This document shows, piece after piece, positions 55,255 through 64,000 of a stretch of DNA of 64,000 bases. Below the pieces are notes generated by a model, which saw only the letters and a list, made by a program, of their open reading frames with translations, was not told the origin of the DNA and made no database searches. Both the position numbers and the translations under genes were made by a program. Position 1 is the first letter of the stretch, and each line of letters begins with the position of its first letter. The DNA is taken from contig CAVQMW010000002.1 of the NCBI GenBank assembly GCA_963713755.1, forward strand, positions 15,637 to 79,636, in the 5' to 3' direction. Origin of the DNA: an uncultured delta proteobacterium (GTDB lineage: Bacteria > Desulfobacterota > Desulfobacteria > Desulfobacterales > CAVQMW01).

Positions 55255-55255
55255 G

Positions 55256-56185
55256 ATGGAATCGGAACACACCTTCTCTGCCCATGGCCGAGAAGAAAAC
55301 CAAACCTTTGCCGTCGCCTTCGCAATCTGTCTGGCGTGCCATATACTGATATTCGTGGCGCTTGTGTTCATGCCCAACCTCAGTCCGGCGCGCAAGATCA
55401 ACCTCACCGCCATTCCGGTGCGTATGGTCTCCCTACCCTCGGATCTGCCGGCGGGCGGCCCCCCGCCCCAACCGGAAGCGCCCCCTGAACCCCCTCAGCC
55501 GCCGCCCCCGGAACCAGAACCAGTGCCTGAACCGGAACCTGAAAAGGCCGTTGAGGTTCCTCCAGAGCCGGCTGAACCCAAAAAAATTACTCCCAAGGTG
55601 GCCAAGCCGGAAGTGGTCCCTGAACCTGAGCCGGACGCGGTTTCCCTAGCACCGAAAAAACCGGTCAAAAAGAAAAATTCTCTCAAGGAAAAAACCTATG
55701 ATCAAGCTCAGGTCAAAAAAATAAAACAGAAAGCCAAGGAGCAGGCCGAGGACCAAAAAACAGCCCAGCAAAAGGCCCAGGCTCTGGCCCGCATCAAACA
55801 GGACGCCGCCAAAGCGCCTCCCCGCCCGCCCGCCGGCAATGGTCTGGGCGCCGGCGGGGGAAGCGGCGGCGTAGATCCCGGCACCCTTAAACTGATCGAA
55901 TTATACAGCCTGGAAGTGCAATCCATCATTGCCCAAAATTGGGCATTCTCCGGTCAACTGGCGCGCTTGAACCGTGATGTCAAGGCCGTGATAATCGTTA
56001 AAATCGCCCGCAACGGGAATATCGCCCGGGTCATGTGGGAAACCAAATCAGGGAACCGCCTCCTGGATGAATCGGCTGAAAAGGCCATCCGCAAATCCGA
56101 TCCCTTGCCGCCCCTGCCGCCCTCCTGGAACCGGCCCTATTTTGATCTGGCGGTGGGATTCACCCCCCAAGGACTGAGCGGATAG
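55256..56185 (+). CDS. tolA: cell envelope integrity protein TolA
   Basis: Has an N-terminal TM anchor, a Pro/Glu/Lys-rich spacer, and a C-terminal TonB/TolA-type domain. It is positioned after tolR. Confidence 0.8.
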   Translation: MESEHTFSAHGREENQTFAVAFAICLACHILIFVALVFMPNLSPARKINLTAIPVRMVSLPSDLPAGGPPPQPEAPPEPPQPPPPEPEPVPEPEPEKAVEVPPEPAEPKKITPKVAKPEVVPEPEPDAVSLAPKKPVKKKNSLKEKTYDQAQVKKIKQKAKEQAEDQKTAQQKAQALARIKQDAAKAPPRPPAGNGLGAGGGSGGVDPGTLKLIELYSLEVQSIIAQNWAFSGQLARLNRDVKAVIIVKIARNGNIARVMWETKSGNRLLDESAEKAIRKSDPLPPLPPSWNRPYFDLAVGFTPQGLSG

Positions 56186-56237
56186 GCCTTGTTCTCTCAA
56201 CTCGACCCAAAAATTTGGAGTTAGCATAGGATCACCC

Positions 56238-57575
56238 ATGAGATTTACGATTAGCTTTCAGCGGACACTCAAGGCGGGAATCATTGTCGGGCTGGCCCTC
56301 TGCATGGCCCGGATCAGTCCGGCGGCGGACTACCAGATTGATATCACCAACCCCTTTATCAACAAGATCCCCCTGGCCGTGCCGCTGTTCAAGCCCATGG
56401 CCGGCGGCGAAAACGAATCTCGTCTGGCCCAGGAGGGCGCCGATATTCTCTCCGACGGCCTGGAGTTTACCGGCTATTTTAAGCTGCTGAACCGCGCCGG
56501 ATTTTTAATCGATCCGCAAACCTACAGCATCGTATCTCCGGGGATCAACTTTCAGAACTGGACCACCGTGGGCGCCGAACTGCTGGTGACCGGGGGGATT
56601 TTGCTTCAAGGTGAAACCCTCACCATGGAACTGCGGCTCTACGACACGGTCAAGGAACAGCTGCTGGTGGGGAAACGTTATACCGGCAGTGTCCGGGAGC
56701 AGCGGGGGATGCTGCACCGCTTCTGCGATGAAGTGATTTTTGAATTGACGGGCAGCCATGGGATATTCGGTAGCCAGATCGTATTTGTCACCACCTCCAA
56801 GGCAGGGGTCAAGGACATCTACCGGGCCGATTTCGACGGACACAACCCCCAGGTACTGGTGACCAACAACCAACTCAACCTCTCGCCGAGCTGGTCATCG
56901 GATGGTAAATGGATCGCTTACACCTCCTATGCCAAGGGTAAACCCGATCTTTACATCAAGCATATTTCGGAGAAACGGGGGTATCAGGTTTTGAAGAAAG
57001 GCACTAGTATTTCTCCGGCCTGGGTTCCCAACCGGCTGGAGTTGGCGGCAAGCCTTTCCTATACTGGAGATCCCGAAATTTATCTGTTGACCGGGACTGG
57101 AAAAGTTATTAGAAGGTTGACGGAAAGTCGGGGGATTGATGTCTCGCCCAGCTGGTCTCCGGACGGTCGCCGATTCGCGTTTGTCTCCAAGCGTTCCGGC
57201 ACCCCGCAGATCTATCTTCAAGAGTCGTCTTCGGGTAGTGCCCGGCGTCTGACCTATGAAGGTAAGAACAACACCCAGCCCAGCTGGTCGCCCCGGGGAG
57301 ACAAAATCGCTTACACGGCCATCGAGGACGGTCAGATCAACATTCGGGTGATCGGTATCGATGGCAACGGGGTGCGGCAGTTAACCATCAACTCCGGGGA
57401 TAATGAATCACCCTCCTGGTCGCCGGATGGGAGCCTGTTGATCTTCAGCTCCACCCGAGAGGGGCCGTCCCGGATTTATGTGATGAATGCTTTTGGAACC
57501 GACCAGCGCCGGTTGCTGACGCTGCCGGGGAAACAGAGCGAACCGAAGTGGTCGATGCGGTTGGAAAACTTTTAG
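56238..57575 (+). CDS. tolB: Tol-Pal system beta-propeller protein TolB
   Basis: Has a signal peptide and repeated SPSWSPDG / PSWSPRGD propeller blades. Confidence 0.95.
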   Translation: MRFTISFQRTLKAGIIVGLALCMARISPAADYQIDITNPFINKIPLAVPLFKPMAGGENESRLAQEGADILSDGLEFTGYFKLLNRAGFLIDPQTYSIVSPGINFQNWTTVGAELLVTGGILLQGETLTMELRLYDTVKEQLLVGKRYTGSVREQRGMLHRFCDEVIFELTGSHGIFGSQIVFVTTSKAGVKDIYRADFDGHNPQVLVTNNQLNLSPSWSSDGKWIAYTSYAKGKPDLYIKHISEKRGYQVLKKGTSISPAWVPNRLELAASLSYTGDPEIYLLTGTGKVIRRLTESRGIDVSPSWSPDGRRFAFVSKRSGTPQIYLQESSSGSARRLTYEGKNNTQPSWSPRGDKIAYTAIEDGQINIRVIGIDGNGVRQLTINSGDNESPSWSPDGSLLIFSSTREGPSRIYVMNAFGTDQRRLLTLPGKQSEPKWSMRLENF

Positions 57576-57619
57576 TTTTGGATTCAAATTTTAGTGCTGT
57601 TACCATAAGGAGGAAAGTG

Positions 57620-58156
57620 ATGAGGAAAAACCATTGGATCTATGTGGCCTTAGTGCTGATTATTCCCGGATTGCTGTTTACCACGGCCTGTACCAAAAAG
57701 CCGAAAACCCCCCCGGGGACCATGGAGCAGGATCAGAGCCAGCAAACGCCCGCCGATACCGGTGATCAAGTTCAAACGGGTGATCTGGACGAAGCCGCAC
57801 GGCAAAAAGAGCTGGCCCTCAACCGGTTTCTCAATGAGAATGTCCATTTTGCTTTTGACAGTTATGCCCTGGACAGCATGGCCCAGGATCTGCTGAAGCG
57901 CAAAGCCGACTGGCTGGGAGAAAACCCGGATGCTCAGATCCTCATTGAAGGACATTGTGACGAGCGCGGAACCGTTGAGTACAACCTTGCCCTGGGGGAT
58001 CGCCGGGCCGCATCCAGCAAGAATTTCCTCATCACCTTGGGTGTGGATGCCGCGCGACTCTCCACGGTCAGCTATGGGGAAGAGCGACCCCTCGATATGG
58101 GCCAAAGCGAGGAGGCTTGGGCCAAAAACCGGCGCGCCCAGTTTGTCATCCAGTAG
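57620..58156 (+). CDS. pal: peptidoglycan-associated lipoprotein Pal (OmpA-like)
   Basis: I place the start at ATG 57620, after a GGAGG RBS. The lipobox is LFTTAC. OmpA-like blocks are [20 protein letters not shown] and NRRAQFVI. Confidence 0.9.
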   Translation: MRKNHWIYVALVLIIPGLLFTTACTKKPKTPPGTMEQDQSQQTPADTGDQVQTGDLDEAARQKELALNRFLNENVHFAFDSYALDSMAQDLLKRKADWLGENPDAQILIEGHCDERGTVEYNLALGDRRAASSKNFLITLGVDAARLSTVSYGEERPLDMGQSEEAWAKNRRAQFVIQ

Positions 58157-58218
58157 CGGACTTCCCCGTGGCGCGGGGTGCCGGAATATCGCCGGAGTTA
58201 AAAATTTGGTTAGCAAAT

Positions 58219-58254
58219 CAACAAGCGGCAGACGGTGTGCCGCTTGTTGTGTTG
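58219..58254 (+). terminator. strong hairpin after pal (possible terminator/attenuator)
   Basis: Reads CAACAAGCGGCA-gacggtg-TGCCGCTTGTTG, a 12-bp perfect stem, followed by TGTTG. The U-tract is weak. Confidence 0.45.
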
Positions 58255-58324
58255 GGGGCGAAGGACTTGTCTACTTCTTTATACAAGGTTTTGCCTCCGA
58301 CCAACGCCCATGGGATTGAGAGCT

Positions 58325-59266
58325 ATGTACACGACCATAAGCAAACCCCAAAGTAAAACCCAAAGTAAAATCGGATGGATCCTATTTGCGATTGTCCTGG
58401 GAGGCATGTTGGCCGGCTGCGCCAGCCAGGGGGACATTTACAACCTGGATGACCGGCTGGCGGCCCTGGAGCAGCACGCCCAGCGCACGGACCGCACCCT
58501 GCAGTCCGAGTTGCAGACCTATCAGGCCAATGTGTCCGACAAGGACCTGAAACAGCGCGAACAGCTGGCCGGTCTGTACGCGGGAATCGAGGGGCTCCGG
58601 GAGGAGATGCAGAATCTCACCGGGCGTGTGGAGGAGGTGGAGTATCTCTCCCGGGAAAAAGGCGAGCAGGTGGACACCGCCTTCCGCAGCCGGGAGAGCC
58701 GCATGGGCAATATCGACCGGGATCTGACTGACCTGCGCAATCGTCTGGCGCGCCTGGAACAATACTTGAACCTGGAAGCGCCGGCCCCCACTGCTGCGCC
58801 GGCCGTCACTCCGGCTCCCAGTGCCTCGCCGTCGGCGGCACCGGCCGCCCAACCTCCCGCCGGCGCGCCGGCCGCCGCACCTGCCGCGGCGCCCGTATCG
58901 GAAAATGAACTGTATCAGCGGGCTAAAAGCGCCTTTGACCAGGGGCAACACGAAGGCGCCCTGCGGGATTTCAAAGCGTTCATTCAGAGCTATCCCAAAT
59001 CAGGTAACGCCGACAACGCGCAGTTTTGGATCGGTGAGATCTATTACCGCGATCAAATGTTCGAGCAGGCCATTCTCGAATACCAAAAGGTCATCGAACA
59101 GTATCCCAAAGGCAACAAGGCCCAGGCCTCGATGCTCAAACAGGGTCTGGCTTTCTATCGGCTGGGGGATAAAGCCAATGCCCGATTGTTCCTCAACGAA
59201 CTCATCGATAAGTATCCCCAAAGCCCCGAGGCCTCCATCGCCCGGCAGAAGCTCAACAATTTCTAG
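58325..59266 (+). CDS. cpoB: Tol-Pal system protein CpoB/YbgF (coiled coil + TPR)
   Basis: I place the start at ATG 58325. The lipobox-like segment is LAGCAS. It has an N-terminal coiled coil and a C-terminal TPR (YPKSGNADNAQFWIGEIYY..YPKGNKAQASMLKQG..). Confidence 0.85.
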   Translation: MYTTISKPQSKTQSKIGWILFAIVLGGMLAGCASQGDIYNLDDRLAALEQHAQRTDRTLQSELQTYQANVSDKDLKQREQLAGLYAGIEGLREEMQNLTGRVEEVEYLSREKGEQVDTAFRSRESRMGNIDRDLTDLRNRLARLEQYLNLEAPAPTAAPAVTPAPSASPSAAPAAQPPAGAPAAAPAAAPVSENELYQRAKSAFDQGQHEGALRDFKAFIQSYPKSGNADNAQFWIGEIYYRDQMFEQAILEYQKVIEQYPKGNKAQASMLKQGLAFYRLGDKANARLFLNELIDKYPQSPEASIARQKLNNF

Positions 59267-59360
59267 AATTGAAACCCCACCCACCAGCTTTTTCGGGGGT
59301 CAGGGGTAACCCCTTGCCTTGGCCCGCGAAAGGGAACCCCCCGGCCCGACTGGGGCGTGT

Positions 59361-59888
59361 ATGAAAATCTTGGGCATCGACCCGGGCCTGGCGGCTACAG
59401 GCATCGGGATTGTCACTGGCCGCGGGTTCGATATTCAGGGGTGCTCCTACGGCAGCGTCAATACCGCCAGTGACCTTCCTCAGGCGGAGCGCCTGGCCCG
59501 TATCTACGTGCGCATTCACCAGGTGCTCCAAGATGAATCTCCCGATCTGATGATCCTCGAGGATGTCTTTTCCTTGGATAAATACCCCAAATCGGGGATT
59601 GTGCTGGGCAAGGTATGCGGGGTAATCTTGCTGGCCGGCCATCAGCAGGCGGTGCCCTTGGCGGAAATACCCGTTCGGGAGGCCAAACAGGTGCTCACCG
59701 GCAACGGCAATGCCGATAAAAAACAGGTGGAGGCGGCTGTCCGGCAGATGCTAAAGTTGAAAGATCCCATCCGGCCCTTCCACGCCTCCGATGCCCTGGC
59801 CCTGGCCATCATTGGACTTTTGCGCAACGAACTGCCCGGAGGGCGGGCACGGATTCCCTCCGGGGGCTGCAAGCGGGGGATTCCATGA
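59361..59888 (+). CDS. ruvC: crossover junction endodeoxyribonuclease RuvC
   Basis: I place the start at ATG 59361 (MKILGIDPGLAATGIGIV). It has ILEDVF and the C-terminal HASDALALAI. Confidence 0.9.
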   Translation: MKILGIDPGLAATGIGIVTGRGFDIQGCSYGSVNTASDLPQAERLARIYVRIHQVLQDESPDLMILEDVFSLDKYPKSGIVLGKVCGVILLAGHQQAVPLAEIPVREAKQVLTGNGNADKKQVEAAVRQMLKLKDPIRPFHASDALALAIIGLLRNELPGGRARIPSGGCKRGIP

Positions 59889-60502
59889 TCGGTTACCTTG
59901 AAGGCAAGTTGCTGAAAATCGAGGAAGACCGGATTTTGCTGCTGGCCGGGCCGGTGGGCTACGAGATCGTTTTGCCCGCCATGGTCATGGAGCGGGTTCG
60001 GGCCCATGGGATAGGCGACAGCTTGGCCTTGCATATCTATTACCACCAGACCGAGCGGCAGCCCAAGCCGACCCTTATCGGGTTTACCGACGAGGTGGAA
60101 AAAGAATTTTTTCAGCTTTTTCTCTCGGTAGAGGCCATCGGCCCCCTGAAAGCGGCCAAAGCCCTGGACGTACCCATTGGGGAACTGGCCCAGGCCATCG
60201 AAGCCCGGGATGCCAAGGGGCTCACCCGGCTCAAGGGGATCGGGTTCCGCACGGCCCAAAAAATCATCGCCACCCTGGAGGGGCGCGTTTCCCGATTTAC
60301 CCTGGACCAAGCACCCGAGCGCGCGCTCAGCGCCAGTGCGGCTCGGCTGGAAGCCGACGTGCTGCAGGTCCTGGTGGACCAACTTGGCTACAAGCGCGCC
60401 GAAGCCCAGCGGCTGGTGGGCAAAGCCCTGGGGGTCAACGCTGCCGTTGCCACCCCCGAAGAACTTCTGGATGAAATTTTTCGGCTGCCGGCCGGATCCT
60501 AA
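59885..60502 (+). CDS. ruvA: Holliday junction branch migration protein RuvA
   Basis: Reads MIGYLEGKL and the HhH motifs LKGIGFRTAQKI. The ATGA start overlaps the ruvC stop. Confidence 0.9.
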   Translation: MIGYLEGKLLKIEEDRILLLAGPVGYEIVLPAMVMERVRAHGIGDSLALHIYYHQTERQPKPTLIGFTDEVEKEFFQLFLSVEAIGPLKAAKALDVPIGELAQAIEARDAKGLTRLKGIGFRTAQKIIATLEGRVSRFTLDQAPERALSASAARLEADVLQVLVDQLGYKRAEAQRLVGKALGVNAAVATPEELLDEIFRLPAGS

Positions 60503-60607
60503 GTTCTTGCCGGATCATCGGCCTGCGAAACAGGGGGCTCACCCGCCCAACTGCCGGCGCCCTTAGGGCCTTGTCGTTGAACCCCGACAGAATCCAATTC
60601 TAGCGCC

Positions 60608-61648
60608 ATGAGTGACGACACCCTAAAACACTTTTCCACCCAACCGGATGTAATCTCCGCCGACCTGCAGCCTGAAGACAAGGTAACGGAGGTACAATCC
60701 CTGCGCCCCACCCGCCTGTCTGAATATATCGGCCAGCAGGATGTGGTGGAGACCCTAGAGATCGCCATCCAAGCCGCCCTGCAGCGGGATGAGCCCCTGG
60801 ATCACGTCCTGTTCCACGGCCCGCCGGGGCTAGGCAAAACCACCCTGGCCCACATCATCGCCGCCGAGCTGGGGGGCGGGTTGACCGTCACCAGCGGGCC
60901 GGCCCTGGAAAAAGGCGGCGACCTGATCGGTATTCTGACCCACCTCCAGCAGGCCGATGTACTCTTTGTGGACGAGATCCACCGCACGCCCAAGGCCGTG
61001 GAGGAGTTCCTCTATCCGGCCATGGAAGATTTCGCCGTGGACTTTGTTTTTGACAAGGGCCTGCATGCCCGCAGCCACCGCTTTCAGCTCAAGCAATTTG
61101 TGCTGGTGGGGGCCACCACCCGGGTGGGCCTGCTGTCGGCCCCTCTGCGGGACCGTTTCGGTATTTTCCGCAGCCTCGATTTTTACAGTGTCGAGCAGCT
61201 GGTGCAGATCGCCCGGCGCTCGGCCGACCTCATCGGCGTGGCCATCGATTCCCAAGGCGCTCTGGAACTGGCGCGCCGCTCCCGGGGCACCCCCCGAATT
61301 GTCAACCGTCTCCTCAAGCGGGTGCGGGATTTCGCCCAGGTGCGGGCCGATGGGGTGGTGACCCGGGCCACGGTCACCGCGGCCCTGGCCCTGGAGGGCG
61401 TGGACAACCAAGGACTGACCGATCTGGACCGCCGCTACCTGAAAACCATCATCGAGTTTTACGGCGGCGGACCGGTGGGGATCGAGGCCATTGCCGCCAC
61501 CCTCCAGGAGGAGAGCGATACCCTGGTGGATGTGGTGGAGCCCTACCTGTTGAAGGTCGGCATGCTGCTGCGCACCTCCACCGGCCGCAAAGCCCCGGAA
61601 AGCGCCTACCGGCACCTGGGCTTCCCCTTTCAAAAGACCATTTTCTGA
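60608..61648 (+). CDS. ruvB: Holliday junction branch migration DNA helicase RuvB
   Basis: Reads [30 protein letters not shown] and RGTPRI. Confidence 0.95.
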   Translation: MSDDTLKHFSTQPDVISADLQPEDKVTEVQSLRPTRLSEYIGQQDVVETLEIAIQAALQRDEPLDHVLFHGPPGLGKTTLAHIIAAELGGGLTVTSGPALEKGGDLIGILTHLQQADVLFVDEIHRTPKAVEEFLYPAMEDFAVDFVFDKGLHARSHRFQLKQFVLVGATTRVGLLSAPLRDRFGIFRSLDFYSVEQLVQIARRSADLIGVAIDSQGALELARRSRGTPRIVNRLLKRVRDFAQVRADGVVTRATVTAALALEGVDNQGLTDLDRRYLKTIIEFYGGGPVGIEAIAATLQEESDTLVDVVEPYLLKVGMLLRTSTGRKAPESAYRHLGFPFQKTIF

Positions 61649-62472
61649 TGGGCGCCATCACCTTGACCACCGATTTCGGCCTTGCCGATCCCTATGTGGG
61701 GCTGGTCAAAGGGGCGATTTTGTGCGTCCATCCCGCCGTGACGATTGTGGATGTGACCCACGCCATCAATCCCCAGGACTGCGCCCAGGCCGCCCGCAGC
61801 CTGGCCTGGATCTATCCCTATTTTCCGGAAGGCACGGTTCACGCCGTGATTGTGGACCCGGGGGTGGGCAGCCGCCGCAAGATCATCGCCTTTCGCCACC
61901 AGGGCCATCTCTTTCTGGGGCCGGACAACGGTGTGTTCACCTTGCTTCTGGACCCGATTTCCCCGGACCCCATCGTTGCCGTTGACAACCCGCGCTATTT
62001 TCGTCACTCCGTGAGCCGCACCTTCCACGGACGGGATATCTTCGCCCCGGTGGCGGCGCATCTGGCCCGGGGACTCGCCCTGGATGCGCTGGGGCCCGTC
62101 CTGGATCCGGACAATTTGGTCCGTTTGGCGCTTCCCGCTCCCCGCCTGAGATCCCCGGGAGCCATTGAGGGCACCATCGTGGCTGTGGATCACTTTGGCA
62201 ATCTGATCAGTGACATCCATCTGGAGCTTCTGCCCCCATTGGAGGCCGGAACAGGAGGGAGCGGCATTGAGATCCGCTGCGCCCAAACCCGGATTTGCGG
62301 TGTCTCCCAGAGCTACGCCGCCCAGCCCCCGGGTGCGCCATTGGCCATCATCGGCAGCCGGGACACCCTGGAGATCAGCATCAACCAGGGCCATGCGGCC
62401 CACGACCTCGAAGCTAGGGCGGGAGACCCCGTGACGGTGACCTGGTCCGCAAAATCTTCCGGCCCCGGATAA
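61648..62472 (+). CDS. SAM hydrolase/SAM-dependent halogenase family protein (DUF62)
   Basis: Reads ITLTTDFGLADPYVGLVKG, DPGVGS, FHGRDIFAP and DHFGNLI. Its start overlaps the ruvB stop. Confidence 0.8.
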   Translation: MGAITLTTDFGLADPYVGLVKGAILCVHPAVTIVDVTHAINPQDCAQAARSLAWIYPYFPEGTVHAVIVDPGVGSRRKIIAFRHQGHLFLGPDNGVFTLLLDPISPDPIVAVDNPRYFRHSVSRTFHGRDIFAPVAAHLARGLALDALGPVLDPDNLVRLALPAPRLRSPGAIEGTIVAVDHFGNLISDIHLELLPPLEAGTGGSGIEIRCAQTRICGVSQSYAAQPPGAPLAIIGSRDTLEISINQGHAAHDLEARAGDPVTVTWSAKSSGPG

Positions 62473-62641
62473 AAAACCACCCCAGGGGGGCGCAAAAGCC
62501 CCCAGCTCCTCGGGTCACCGGCTTTGGGCTTTGGCGGCTATTGACAAGGGGGGCGAAATTCTGGAATGTTTGGACGCGCTGCCCCGGCAGTCAGCACAAT
62601 GCATCCGGCTATCGTGTTGGTTGCCAAATTGAGTTAATCCA

Positions 62642-63661
62642 ATGATGTTGCCTATCCCCATGTTAAAATCCTCTCACCTCACAGCCATCCAGGGCGCCTT
62701 GCAGTCGCTGATCCGGGCAGTGGTCTGCCTCTCCCTGTCCCTGACCTTCAGCTTTGCGGCACTGGCCATGGATACCCCTGCCGGCAATCTCTCTACCCCG
62801 GTGGCCTATACCCCCGCCGCCTTCACCTTGGACAGCCGGCATCAAATTCCCTCGGTGCTGCCGGTGGCCAGCCCCAATGGCGACCGGATTCACGCCCTGG
62901 TGGTGGACAAATCCCGGCAGCAGCTCTCCGTGTTTGTGCACAACGGCAGGCTCAAAGAGCTCTACCGCTTTGAGTGCTCTACCGGCCAAATCCAGGGGCG
63001 CAAAGAGCAGGAAGGGGACAAAAAAACCCCGGAAGGCATCTATTTCATCAACGATCACCATGAGAAGCAGGAACTTTCCGAAACCTACGGTACCCGCGCC
63101 TTTCCCCTAGACTATCCCAACCGTTTCGACCAGCGCAGCCACCGGTCCGGCTATGCCATATGGATCCATGGCACCAACAAGGCCCTAAAGCCGAGGGATT
63201 CCAACGGCTGCATCGTACTGGCCAATCCCGACATCGATCAACTGGCTCAGTTAATCGAGCTGGAGCGCACCCCCGTGATTGTGGTGGATCGCCTCGATTA
63301 TGTTCTGCCCCACCAGGCTTTTGTGGAGGCCGAAATGATCCGCCAGTCCCTAAGCCGCTGGCGCCGCAATCTAAGCCAAATGGATTATGAGGCAAATGTC
63401 GGTCTGTGGGCCGGTTCCCAAGACCTGTGGAGCGAGCTGTGGCAGCGCTGGCAAGACTACCGCCAGGCCCACGATCCTTTCCAGAATGGCCGGCTGCATT
63501 TTGCCAATGTGAATATATTCAGATCCCACCAGCAGGTGGTAGTGACCTTTGATTGGAATTTAAGCACCCAAAAGGCCCCCTGGCATCGCGCCCGGCTCTA
63601 CCTGAGCCATTCCCCCCAAGGGTATCGGGTTGTCGACGCCGTGGGGTTGCCCCTCTCTTGA
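62642..63661 (+). CDS. L,D-transpeptidase (YkuD domain) family protein
   Basis: Has a signal-like N-terminus, KTPEGIYFI, and the catalytic block YAIWIHGTN...DSNGCIVL (H-G ... S-x-G-C). Confidence 0.8.
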   Translation: MMLPIPMLKSSHLTAIQGALQSLIRAVVCLSLSLTFSFAALAMDTPAGNLSTPVAYTPAAFTLDSRHQIPSVLPVASPNGDRIHALVVDKSRQQLSVFVHNGRLKELYRFECSTGQIQGRKEQEGDKKTPEGIYFINDHHEKQELSETYGTRAFPLDYPNRFDQRSHRSGYAIWIHGTNKALKPRDSNGCIVLANPDIDQLAQLIELERTPVIVVDRLDYVLPHQAFVEAEMIRQSLSRWRRNLSQMDYEANVGLWAGSQDLWSELWQRWQDYRQAHDPFQNGRLHFANVNIFRSHQQVVVTFDWNLSTQKAPWHRARLYLSHSPQGYRVVDAVGLPLS

Positions 63662-63666
63662 AGCCT

Positions 63667-64000
63667 ATGAACCCCTATCGCCGCTGGTCCGTGATTCTGC
63701 TGGGAAGCCACGGGCAGATCATCCAGCTTTACCGATTTAAGATCCTGGTCTGGTTTCTGGTGATCGTCTTCATGGCCGCCCTGGCCGCGGCCGGGTTCTA
63801 CTATTACCGCTACCAAACCCAGAGCCACACCATCTCCCGAATAACCGCCCAGGTTGAAAAACTGGAGCGAAAGCTCGCCGACTACACCCGGGAGCGGGAA
63901 TCCTTTCAGGGTCGTTTGGATCAATTGGAAGAGTCCCCCGGCGCGGAAGTCGCGGAACTGGAAACGCCGGAGTTGGCGGCCGGAGAATCAGCCCCCGAAC
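63667..64000 (+). CDS. membrane-anchored coiled-coil hypothetical protein (partial; runs off window end)
   Basis: Absent from the ORF track because it has no stop. ATG 63667 opens MNPYRRWSVILLGSHGQIIQLYRFKILVWFLVIVFMAALAAAGFYYY..VEKLERKLADYTRERESFQGRLDQLEE, which is open to the window end. Confidence 0.4.
   Translation, partial: MNPYRRWSVILLGSHGQIIQLYRFKILVWFLVIVFMAALAAAGFYYYRYQTQSHTISRITAQVEKLERKLADYTRERESFQGRLDQLEESPGAEVAELETPELAAGESAPE

Overview
The window is 64 kb from a Gram-negative, fairly high-GC genome. It encodes Tol-Pal, lipoproteins and three sigma-54 (NtrC-type) regulatory modules. The gene content resembles Desulfobacterota/deltaproteobacterial genomes, but that taxon call is inference only.

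Layout:
(1) 1-21.5 kb is compositionally patchy and accessory.
- It holds mobile-element debris: an IS630-like fragment, and a 5'-truncated group II intron with an intact domain V that sits in an IS1634-type transposase remnant.
- It holds a tctCBA tricarboxylate-transporter operon that is co-transcribed with a hybrid histidine kinase and an NtrC-type regulator, behind a candidate sigma-54 promoter.
- It also holds AT-rich islands and an aldo/keto reductase.
- A truncated IS4-like transposase is abutted by an apparently complete IS701-like element. That element's transposase carries an N-terminal DruA-type DUF4338 domain and an A8-run frameshift near its 3' end.
- A four-gene secreted-protein operon is headed by a 907-aa vWA protein containing six near-identical 258-bp tandem repeats.

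(2) 21.5-33 kb holds a TerB-like/AIM24 gene pair, followed by the most system-like feature of the window. This is a tightly packed, co-directional ten-gene operon at 23410-32828. It encodes a class IV aminotransferase, alanine racemase, a CapA-like protein, a glutamate-racemase paralog, a Ddl-like ATP-grasp ligase, an FGase-family amidohydrolase, a CoA-transferase/GNAT fusion, a 52-aa ORF that the ORF track does not list, and an MFS transporter. I propose it as a candidate undescribed pathway for a D-amino-acid peptide or N-acyl-peptide.

(3) 33-64 kb is mostly core.
- Enzymes and repair: a radical SAM protein, an acyl-CoA dehydrogenase with a rubredoxin-like tail, and an AlkD-like repair protein.
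- Replication and recombination: tRNA-Ser(GGA), dnaX-ybaB-recR, and ruvCAB.
- Other housekeeping genes: trmO, an MscS-family channel gene, and a type-B sdh/frd CAB operon.
- Regulation: a second sigma-54 two-component operon.
- Envelope and remaining genes: tolQRAB-pal-cpoB, a DUF62 SAM hydrolase, and an L,D-transpeptidase.

All family calls come from reading motifs in the supplied translations; no searches were run. Coordinates of features not based on ORFs were counted by hand and may be off by 1-2 nt.
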